A program made the translations under genes and the position numbers. A stretch of 63,771 nucleotides of DNA, filler included, from Licmophora abbreviata (lineage: Eukaryota): the NCBI GenBank assembly GCA_900291995.1. It is 13 parts of 13 records of this genome, joined end to end, with 100 filler letters (N's around TTAATTAATTAA, not from the genome) between each part and the next. Parts side by side here need not be neighbours in the genome. Positions count along the whole stretch, not along the records: positions 47,299 to 52,718 come from OLMU01001987.1; positions 52,819 to 54,073 come from OLMU01001990.1; positions 54,174 to 56,172 come from OLMU01001992.1; positions 56,273 to 58,918 come from OLMU01001993.1; 9 more parts are not named here. One strand, 5' to 3'. The notes beneath the pieces were generated by a model, which was not told the DNA's origin, did no database searches, and saw only the letters and a list, made by a program, of their open reading frames with translations. Each line of letters opens with the position of its first letter. Position 1 is the stretch's first letter. Shown here piece by piece: positions 47,783 through 58,372 of the stretch.

Positions 47783-50700
47783 CTACTTCTGACGGCGACC
47801 GTCGCCAGCCAATCGAACTCCACCACGACGGGCAGTGCGCCTACGGTAACCCAGGGGCCATTCGTTGTTGACCTTTGTCCCACCCGAAGCGATCTTGAGG
47901 GCGAATTCGCCACGACCCTCCACATAGGGACCTGCCTTTCCACCCTTTCCACCCTTGCTTTCACAATAGAAGCTGCCCTTACCCCCCTTACCGGCCATGC
48001 ATCCAGTCAGCAGCCAGTTCTGGTAGCAGCCCGTCAAAAAACGAAAGTACACTTTGCCTTCACTGTCAGCGGCGGAAGCAAAAATGTTGTCGAACACCAG
48101 CTGGTACTTCTCACGGATGTAAATATTGGTGTATGATTGGTATCGGTCAAAGGAAATAACGTCGTAGCTTTCGGTAAATGCATCTTTCGCGGAATCCTCT
48201 TTGTAGTGGGGCACTGGAAGCCAGGGGCCGCTGGCAGTCTTGTACTCGAGTGGACCAAATACCTTGCAATCACGGACCGCAATGTCCTTGAGTCCGCTAT
48301 CGCTTTCAAACAGTAGGAGATCAGCTTCAAACTCTTGCTTCTCACCAATCAAGACCTCAAAGGTAGGAATAAGCGCACCATCGTACGTGGCAACAGCGAG
48401 CCCATCTATCTCATCATCTTGCTCAAATCCAAAAAATCCAAGATCCAATTGAAGATTCGCCGTCACATGTCCTTCGACAAACTCTCCACGCTGGAATCGA
48501 CCGGGAAGCTCGGGATCCTCAACCTTCTTGTAGGCGCTGACTGGAACTCGAAAAAGAACGCGGTTGCGTTCGTCGGCAAAGTCATCAAAGATTCTAGCGA
48601 GAGCGAGGTAGTGAGGAAGCTCGAATGCGAATGTTGGGTCAGAGCTGAAGAAGCCAAAATCAATCACCTTATCAGCATCGAGAGGGATTGGGTCACCGTA
48701 CTCATCGTTTTCAACCATTGAATGCCAAGTGCCTGCCCCAGATTGGTCAATGTACTCGATAGTTCCATTCGCGATACAACCGACAACGGGGACAGTACTC
48801 AAGCCATCGCTGGAAACCATCACAAGCGCGTCGTTTGGATAGGCGGTGTTGTAGAATTCGCTTCGTTTTCCCGTACGAATCTGGAATGTGGCCAGCAGTG
48901 AGGACGAGTCGTATTCCGTGTAACTTCCGTCGCCAATGAAATCGAATGCGTTTGCTTCAATTTTGTGGGAATCAGTGTTGGTATTGCAAACGCGATCGGA
49001 GACTTCAAAGGTTCTCACAAAGTCACGCGGACAGCCGGATGAGCTCGACCCGACATCAGAAAACTCAATCCTTCCACCCCTTTCACCGAATGGCTTACCC
49101 CAATCTGGGTTGAGGATATCATGAGGGTCGCAATTGTCAACTGCCACTGGATAGCCAGAATTCGCTGGATCAAAACTAGCGCGACAGCTCTGAACTCGTA
49201 TACCTGGAAATGACATGAATGATGGCTTGCTCTCATCTCGTAGGATGGCGGTTTGATTGAAACTGGCTTCTTGTCCGCAGTTGTCAACAACTGTCCACTG
49301 TCGTAGAACGTTCCATCCTTTCAGGACATTTGCATCAGAATCCATCATATCGCTTAAAGCGCAGCCGACGAAGGAAATCTCAGCATCAAAGTACGTTGTT
49401 TGAGATACGAGGCTACAGGGTGCAGACCCTATTCCATCAGGGATAGGAACGGTAGGAGCAAGAAGTCCATCCTGCACCTCTTCTTCGCACATGAAGTACT
49501 GCGGCTGCTCGAGACGGGAGCTGTCCAGAATTGGGGGCTCCTTGTTTGTTCGAATAGTCTGTTGCACCTTGTTCGATGCTTGATTTCTACTGTCTTTGTA
49601 TTCAAACGTTCTGATATAAACGGCATCGCCACAGAGTTCAAAAGGCCACTCCAGTCCAAGGAGTTCATCAGAGGGTTCCAAAAAGCTTCCCTCTTCGCAG
49701 TCGTTCACTGTGTCGGTTCTGACGCTGGGGTATCCAAGAACGTCCGGTGATAGATCAGCAGCGCACGACACGTCTGCATTCACAAGCGCACTCCCATCCA
49801 GCAGAGGGGGGTTGCACATGCAGTCACGCAAACTTCTTCCGCGTGAATCCAAGTCATTGAAATCGCAAAGTTCATCATCGACGTTGCCGTCGCAATTGTT
49901 GTCTACGCCGTCTGCAGGTAGCCCGCTTGAAACTGTGCAAGAGTTCTCTGACTTCTCTGTTATAGTGCCGAGCACAATTCCCTGAGGAACTTCAGGGGGG
50001 TCATCGGAGGGATCAAGTTTAGCTAAGTCGGTGGGTATGTCATCTTGTCCCGGGAAGGTAAACTTGAGGTACGGGATATGCTGGTTTGGCAGTTTCACAA
50101 CTCCGCTATAATCACACGAATAAAACTCTGGCACATCAAACGTGATGCCGTTTTTCGAAAGGGTTTTTGTGCGTGAGCATGGTAGCTTCATATTCAAGGG
50201 AATAGTACTACGGTAGGTAGCAACACCTGGATCGATTTTCAGACCTAAGGAGCAAGAAGGATCAACGGTCAGCGACGGCGGGAAGTTGCTAGTTCAATGA
50301 TTTGTCGCCGTCTTAACTTACCTGTCAAGGCTTTCTTGATCACTGTCTGGAGCACGGTCTCAAGATTACCGAAGAAGGTGTCAACAGGATCCGTCAACAA
50401 ACCTTTGACCTCAGACTTGAAATTGTCTTCCAGCGACAACAGCTCCGTGCAACTTGGTGGAATATCATCATCAAGACCATCGACTGCAGCAACCAATTGG
50501 TTGATATGCTCCTGAAGAGATTCATATTGCATTTGCATCTTTTCGAAATGACCGATTATTTTCCTGATGCATTCTTGCGCCTCAGAAATCTCTTTCGCAG
50601 TTGTCACTGCCGTTGCTGGCATCGTGAATGCCTTGATTGGGTCGCCAAGAGAGCTATCTCCAGGACCGTTCACAAGAGAGCCAAAAATTGCATCAACGTC

Positions 50701-51753
50701 GTCAATATTCGCAAGCGCCGAAGCACTTTCCATGAACTTTTCGAATGCCGTCAATGCTTGTTTCGTTTCTTCGGCACAATCCACAATATCTCCAGCCACG
50801 GTTTGTATCAGCACTATAGTCACCTCGACTTCCTTCAAAGTTGCATTCACTTCGCTTTCCAATACTTCAATCCTGCGCTGAGCGTCGTCGTTGCAAGTCA
50901 TGACTAAAGTAGATGTTTCCGTCACCATCTCACCTATTTCATTGACCGCCTTTTCTAGCGTTTCGTCCAGTCCAGTAACCGCATTGACAATGGGATCGAC
51001 AATCTGTGTTTCGAAGAAAAACCGCAAAATTTTCTCCACATCACCCCCCGAAACAGCTTTAGCAGTCTCCTGAAAGATGTCCACGAATTGTTTTACCAGG
51101 TCTATACAACCCCCAACAGTGCAAGTAGCGACGTTGATAACGAAAGCTATGTACGTCGAAATGTCGATCTCTGGAAGAAAAATGACCGCCGCTGCAAATC
51201 CATCTTCACTTTGCTTCACTTCGGCAATTTTCTCCTTTCTGTTTGTGTCCATGGCGTCGAACTCGTTCAGCAAACAGGAAGCGATCTCCCATCCCTGACC
51301 AGCTTGCTCACCAAGAGAGGCACCTGGGTCCTGAGAGGTCTCAAGGTATTCCAAAACTTTCGGCAGGCACTCGCAAATCCCTTCGATCCCCCCTTCCAGG
51401 GCCTCCTGCACTTCCTTCGAGGAGAGGAAGTCGGTCGGTTCGATGTCACAAACATCAACATCGCGAAATTGGGGCACAACTTCTGGAAACTCGGTGCATA
51501 CTCGTACAGGCTTACGAAACAGTGGATTTACCGTTATACACTGCAGGCGCACACGAGTAATAGGTTCCGTTGGAATGCGAACTGAGCCGAGATCCTTACA
51601 AAGATCCCCAATTCCATCGGAAAGCCCTTTCAAAGCATCTACCACAACAGGAGCACCGTTGCAGACACCTTCGAAAGTTCTCTTCAAATCGTTTGCTTTC
51701 ACGACCCGCTGCCAGGTGGCATAGAAAAGAAAGTACCGTAGGATGATCATCAT
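47783..51753 (-). CDS. Secreted ~1,297-aa mosaic protein (Cys-capped helical domain, MopE-like motif, HYR-like repeats, Lys/Gly tail); intron 50245-50321
   Basis: Signal-like N-terminus. The GT-AG intron joins ORFs 50269-51753 and 47783-50197 in frame (LT-G-LKIDPGVATY). Motifs DGVDNNCDGNVDD, RQWTVVDNCG, AVDNCD and GKGGKG...KGGKGGK. Confidence 0.8.
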
Positions 51754-52718
51754 GCACCCCCGTCCAGTAAGCCGCGCAAAACTGTTTCCAGCGGCCTATA
51801 TTAGTGATATCGGTGAAAATGAAGAAGAATGCTTGAGACGCATGAGCGACATGCAGTAACTACGGGGACAGTCGCTCGTACTAGCAATGATGAATATACA
51901 CTCCAAACTAGTATGCTCATGCTGAGAAAGCTAGATTTGTTGCTCTGTTTCTGCCTAGCAGGCCCTTCGCACCAGCCGTGGCGCGTCTCTGTCCTCATTG
52001 TTTTTTGAGGGCGGCCCAGTACCAGAGCCGCCAAGAGCGAGCAGAAGAAGCAAGAAAGGCGGCAGAGACTCCTCCCACTCGCCGCATGATGAGAGCGCTG
52101 ACCTGCTTGTTCACATAATAGAAAATAGAAACTAACTAGTACCGTAGTGCCTTACTAGGACTTGAGCTAAAAGAGCAGTCGTCAGCCTGGCTTACCTCAA
52201 TAAGAACCCTGGAGAAGTAGAAAGGAGCGTCCTGTCGTTTGCAGACTAAATTGTGTCGGCCTCGGGGTGTGTGTTTTTTAGAGATACTGCATGCCTGCGG
52301 TGCACGCTTGAGTGTTCTGTGGTGCGAATTTTTCTGAAGAATGTGCGTTCGGTGCCGATTTCAGACCGCCAGGCGACAAAATTTAATATAAATAAACATT
52401 TATTAATGTTTACTATGAACGAGCAACGTCAAATGGAGCGGCATCCAGGGGAGTGAAATTCCTCATGTCATGAGAGAGTTATAAACAGTTTCATGACACT
52501 GGCCGTGGCGTGGAATGGAATGGAAGCAGCCGAACATTCAACCTCTTTCGAATGCCACTCGGTATGGGTGCACGGCAGAATTTTCTTGGGCACGTTCTTG
52601 GGCACGTGGCCCTGGCAGCGAACTCACAATTCAGATCTCAGATATCGCTTCACAAGATCCGACATCATCTCAGCCCTTTCGCTGCCTGAGCGATCGGCGG
52701 TAACCCGGCAACACTCGC

Positions 52719-52818
52719 NNNNNNNNNNNNNNNNNNNNNNNNNNNNNNNNNNNNNNNNNNNNTTAATTAATTAANNNNNNNNNNNNNNNNNNNNNNNNNN
52801 NNNNNNNNNNNNNNNNNN
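52719..52818. other. Artificial scaffold spacer
   Basis: Same linker. Confidence 0.98.
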
Positions 52819-54073
52819 TGTAGTGTGTGCCAACCGCGCAGAATGGATAGGGATAAGATCAACCTGATGATGGGCCATGATGCGACTGGCGCGAAAGTTT
52901 CCCAGAAGTTGATGCCTTTCTCTTGCTTTGATCCGTCGATGTTGAGACGGGCTTTCCATTTGTAGACTTCTTGTGTGGTGATTCGACGCTTTCGTTTCAT
53001 CGCCCACACAGCTGGTAGAATTTTGGCGGTCGATGGCACATGTCGTCGTTGAACGATTCTCCAGTTTCCATTGGCGGTCTGGTCGCTGACTTCCTTGCCA
53101 TCGCTTCGATGAACTGTCTTCTGTCGGGCTGCTTGAGAGCTTGATGAAGATACATCGTGTCTGGATCGGCACTGGCTGCATACGCCATCAGATCGATGGG
53201 ATCATCTCTGAGGATTTCGTAGGGCACGGATGACGTACTAATCTCGGTCGCGAAGACCTCGAGCAGTCGCTGTGGAGCTTGGCTTCTTCGACCGGATCGA
53301 GTGATGGTTGGCTCTGGAGCTGGAACTTGAGGGTCAGGATCTGGAGGTGGATTCTCGTCTTCCGGTTGCTGGATAGGAGGATCCATGGTGTCTCCATGAG
53401 GTGGTATGATTCCTTCCTCTTCTGGTGGAGTCGCTTCAGCTTGTGGCTTGTCTTGATGATGGCTCTTGTTCTCCTTGATGTTGTTCTTGGTGAAGTGGCA
53501 CTTCGATTGCCACTTGCTCTCTGGTAGAGCGAACGCTGCTCCTTTCCTCGTGGTGCGAAAGGCAGAGTCGAATCGAACGTGAAACTGAGGAGAGGTCAGG
53601 CCTGTTTCAAGAGATAGACAGAGAGCCACTGAGCGTGCATGATGAGGTGATCTTCCCAGATAGATTGCCACTCGCGCTCGGTTGGACCACTTGGGTATTT
53701 TCTTCCCTGATTGGAGACGAGAGTCGAGTACATAGATGGGGCATCCAAAGTGTCGCCATTGATCCAAGTTGACTTGGACAGGACTTCGTGAGAAGCATTC
53801 GATGGGGACTTTGTTCGTCTGCAGATTGATGGTGTGATTCTGCAGGTCGTTGGCATGTCGGATTGCATACGGCCATAGCTGAGCGGTGATTGCGTCGGGC
53901 CATCGAGCCTTGGCATGGATGAGTTGTGTCCTTGCCTGATCTTGGATGTCTCGAATCCTGCGCTCGGCGATTCCATTCTGATGATGAGCGTTGACGCCAC
54001 AGAATGTGAGTGTTCTCCCTCTCGACGCAAGAGCTGCCTTGAACTTGTTGTCGGCAAAGATTCCATTGTCGGC
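52819..54073 (-). mobile_element. Ty1/copia (CoDi-like) LTR retrotransposon pol fragment: integrase core, SH3-like linker and start of reverse transcriptase
   Basis: ADNG.F, CGVNAHHQNGIAERRIR, LWPYA, FGCP.YVL and SPQFHV, then KRKR...YKWKARLNIDGSKQ..G.NFWETFAPV. Integrase precedes RT, the copia order. One frameshift near 53097. Confidence 0.93.
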
Positions 54074-54173
54074 NNNNNNNNNNNNNNNNNNNNNNNNNNN
54101 NNNNNNNNNNNNNNNNNTTAATTAATTAANNNNNNNNNNNNNNNNNNNNNNNNNNNNNNNNNNNNNNNNNNNN
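54074..54173. other. Artificial scaffold spacer
   Basis: Same linker. Confidence 0.98.
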
Positions 54174-56172
54174 TTCCCCCTTTGCCTTTTCCTCCTGTGT
54201 TGAAAGATTGTCACGGGAGACGAGAAAGATTTTGATAAGAGAGCGGAGAATCGAACGAAGAGCTGCCGTCCACGACTTTTATTTATCCTTGTGCAATTCC
54301 CACTTCAACTGGAAACTCACCTTTTGTACTGCCCCCAGGACTCCCAACGCTTACGGTGGCATCATCACAAATACGAGAGCCGTCCGGGCGGATCACACAC
54401 GCTTGATTCAGAACGTCGACGCTGAATGTATCACCACACTCTTTCTCGCCGCCAATGCTCCAAGATGCGATCTGCCAGTCCGGATCAGCAAACTGGTCAG
54501 GTCCGTCCTTTTCACCCCAACCACCAGGAAATTCATCGGAACAAGAAATGTGCATAATAAATGGCATAGAGCCCGGTGGATTCCAGAGGATTTCATTGCT
54601 CTTAATCACTTGCAGGTTGCTGGAATCATCTTCGCCGTTGAGGAGCGCCACACCGTCGGTATTCCCGACAAAAACGTTTCCGTTTACGAAGCTGAAGCGG
54701 AAGAAGCGCTCGCCACCTACGGTCGAAGCAGATTGACCAGAAAGCGAAGCAGTGTAATCAACGGTAATAACAACGGACTGGAAGGCGGGCACATCGACGG
54801 AGCAAGCAATCTCCTGGAGGACGCTGTCGGCACAGTCGCCCTGACCAGAGGTAACGGCAGCATTCGTCACAACCAACCGATCATCTACGGTATCGATAAT
54901 CTCCAGGTCTTTGGCGTCGAACTCTCCCGTATTGATGACCTCGATGGTGAATGAATTGGAGGTACCCGGCACAACTTGAGCAGGGACAAACGTCTTCTCG
55001 ATTTCAAGCGTCGTAATCCCGGAAGGAGCAGCGCTCTGACTCGGACTGACGCTTGGACAGTCATCATCGATAGTGGACGGAGGTGGAGTTGGTGCAGGTG
55101 TTGGATCGGGTATAGGGGTGGGACCGGGCGTCGGCTCTGGGGTGGGCGTCGGCGCAGGCGTAGGCAGAACAGGCGTCGGCGCTGGGGTTGGACCAGGCGT
55201 AGGCTCGTCACAGACACCTGGACAAAAACAGACGCGAGTGACCGCTGCCCTTTCAGAAAGGCTAACCCGAGCGCTGCTTACAGAGTCCGCCGAGGAGAAC
55301 TTCTCTTCTTGGACAGCATTGGCACCCTTACCGTCAACAAGAACAATAGCTGTTGAGCCACTAGTTGACGACACAAACACAAATGCTGTTTCGTCTTCTT
55401 CAATGTCGAAAAGTCCGATTTCCGTCAATTTTGCCACTGGACAGCCGAAACGGAAGGTTATTGTCCCACCTTCGTCCTCTAATGCGGGATCTTCCACGAG
55501 AAGGATATTCTCTAGACCGTTGCAGTTAGCCCCTGAATTCTCAGGCCAGCCACCTTCACCGACTCCAGGACCAGGCGACGGGCACCTTTCGTTAGGACTA
55601 CCAAGACTTGCAGTCGAATTGCTCACAATGGAAGAGTCTAGAATGTATGCTGTTCCGTCCTCCGAAGAAGCAGTGATAGTCAAGGTGTATTTATCGAACC
55701 AGTCCGTCTGTACCGTATCCCCATCCTCAAGATCGCTTCCATCGCCTTTTGTGTCGAACTCAATGCAGACTTCCGGTTCGAAGGGACACGTCACAGGTGT
55801 GGGTGACGGCGTGGGCGCAGCTGGGGTGGGAGCTGGGGTCGGGCTTGTCCTGGACGGGGCCGGTGTGTCGTCCATTGGCGGCGTTGGGGCGGGAGTTGGC
55901 GGATCCGATAGGAGGAGCTGTAGGTGGATCGGTAGGCGGCTCCGTCGGCGTATCGACCGGAGGATCGGTCGGGGGTTCTGTTGGCAGTTCTGTAGGTGCG
56001 TCGACAGGAGGATCCGTCGGCATTTTCGTCGGTAGCACGACTGGTGGCGTTGTTGGTGTATCTACCGGAGGACTGGTGGGTGGCTCCGTGGGTGCACCGG
56101 TTGGGGGATCGACAGGTGGGTCAGTCGGTGGATCCGTGGGTGCACCGGTGGGAGGATCGACAGGAGGGTCCG
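54174..56172 (-). CDS. Pro/Thr-rich extracellular protein (partial): PTDPP repeats, unnamed Cys/Gly/Pro domain, PTP linker, DUF11-like domain with insert, GK tail; intron 54195-54320; frameshift near 55906
   Basis: Open from gap to gap. TLEIEKTF...FTIEVINTGEFDAKDLEIIDTV is DUF11-like. The last exon reads GGKGKGG into the gap. Confidence 0.8.
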
Positions 56173-56272
56173 NNNNNNNNNNNNNNNNNNNNNNNNNNNN
56201 NNNNNNNNNNNNNNNNTTAATTAATTAANNNNNNNNNNNNNNNNNNNNNNNNNNNNNNNNNNNNNNNNNNNN
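56173..56272. other. Artificial scaffold spacer
   Basis: Same linker. Confidence 0.98.
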
Positions 56273-57072
56273 CAACGCTCCAAGCCACGGTCTCGGAACA
56301 CGGCGGGGTCGTTAGACCACCGTCGTACTTGTAGTAGCCCGTGTCTTCCGGGAGGAGATCGTAGATATTGAAGTCGCCACTCTGCAATTCATTGTCAAGA
56401 GGCCTACCCTGGCACTTCGCAGCAGCATTACTGGCAGTCTGTTTCCAGAAGGGGAGGAGTTTGTCGAACACTGGATCGTCAACATCACTGCTCGGCTGAA
56501 TCCACATGCTGACCACAGCCTTCTGGTCGCTGCGACTGTTCACATGCGTGATCTGCAACTCGGCGCCAAAGGAGTCCCGTTCAAGGTATGCTCGGAGCTG
56601 AGATGGATATCGAAGTGCGAAGCTTCGAACTCGCCGTCCATATCAGGTAGGGTGACCTTATTTGGTGCACACCCTGCTTCCGGATACTTGGCCTTGACAA
56701 CGTGATCGTTGATGACGAACTCTAGATCGGAAAGCGTGCACGTTCCAACCTGCAAATGAAAAATTCGAAAGAAAAAGCAACAACAAGCGTTCAGACACGG
56801 CGATTCTGTACAAGGCTCACAAGTAGATCGCGCAACAAGCTTACCTTGAACATGTAGTCTGCATGCTCGTTACAAAGCGACATGGAGAGATCAATCGGGC
56901 TGTTCATGGAGCCGGCACACTGGTTGCCCTCAATGTTGAGGTTGCTCCAGTTGGCAGGTCCAGTGTCGGAAGTGGGATGGTAGTTGAACACAGCGTTTCC
57001 AGATCTACCGATCGCACCGACACGGTGGGCCAGCCCCGCAAGGGCAAGGACCGCAGCCGAACGAACAAACAT
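56273..57072 (-). CDS. Secreted alpha-carbonic anhydrase-like domain with altered Zn ligands (partial; intron 56750-56844; frameshift near 56577)
   Basis: Signal peptide, FNY...GPANW, SPIDL, HFDIHLSSEH, AELQITH and YYKYDGGLTTPPCSETVAW. Confidence 0.88.
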
Positions 57073-58192
57073 GGTACGAAAGTCGATGGCCGAGAAAACG
57101 AATGTCTCTGGCGCAGACCAGCGAGAAAATATTGTGAGTTTTTCATGGCCTTCGGGAACGGCTGCGTTATTTCGAACAATGGGGTTCACTTGAGTGCATC
57201 ACGCGAGGGTTGGGTCCTGTACATAGGGCGAGTGACTTGATCTAGTGACCAAGTGCTGGACGCCCACTAGCGCGTGATCCGCACCAATCGCCCTCCTTGG
57301 CACGCGGCAGGCTTGACGGCGACCAACGTATAAGCTACAAGGCATATGTAGAGAAGAGGCGACTCGGTATTAAGCCGATTACCAAAAGTGCCATGTGGGA
57401 TAAGCAACCAAAGACCGTTTTGAGAGCCGCATAAGTCGTAGCATCTGAAAATGCCAGCGGCATATATGCGGATCACGGATCCAATCGTGGCTGGTGGATT
57501 GTTGCAGTCATGCGTGAATCCGTCCTTGTATGGCCCTTCGAGTGCTGTCGGGACTCGACTCGAGCAACGCAGCACACCAGGAAAGGCCCCATCGTCCCTC
57601 GAAGCACCATCAATCAGCACACCCACATCTTATATTTCATCGCGAGTGTGAGCGGTTGAAGAAGTCAAGGCGATACGAACATATCTCAGATTTTTCAGAT
57701 TCCACTTTTGCGCACGATCTAGCGCTTTTGTCTTGAAAGTCGCTGATGAATTGTTGTTTGCTTACGTCCAATAACACAAGAAGCGCTAGAGATTACTTTC
57801 TGTGTTGATGGCGACGTACCAAGCAAGGACGATTGCAATGATTGTTTGACAGTTAAGGTGAATTTTGATATGAGCAATACAAGAAACAAGGTCCTTCGAC
57901 TTATCGACCATCGATCAAATCGAGAAGGGAAGGAAGAACGAGTCGAGTGAGTCGAACAGAGTCAAATCAGTCAAGTCATCAGACAATCCAAGTCCTCTCG
58001 TAAGAGCGGGAGACGACGACTACAGGAACCCCGAAGGAAAGAGAGGGAATTGCCACGACAAGTATTACTTCTGGTTCATCTAGGAATCAGGATGCATCTA
58101 CTCGTGACGTTAAGGAACCGACTTACCCCCCCTTGCCTTACGTACGGAGTAGAGCACTCCTGCACTTGGGTTTGACGGGTAGGACAGTACAA

Positions 58193-58260
58193 GTCAAGAC
58201 TGGTAAACTAGTAGAATAGTATGAGATCAAGACAGGTAGACTAGCAGAACAGCACAGATA
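58193..58260. repeat. Degenerate ~33-bp tandem repeat
   Basis: tcaagactggtaaactagtagaatagtatgaga followed by tcaagacaggtagactagcagaacagcacaga. Confidence 0.7.
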
Positions 58261-58372
58261 CTCATGAGTTTTTCGGTAACTTCATACGTTTGTTACTTTT
58301 CGTGTTTAACTAGATAATATGGAAAACTGTCGAATCAATCTCGAGATTATTCGTCCGCCGCACCATTACCAT

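Noticed and set aside
52060..52260. Polypurine tract and 3' LTR of the copia element
   Set aside because: The purine run (minus strand gagtgggaggagt) is not followed by TG, and no RT/RNase H coding sequence adjoins it.
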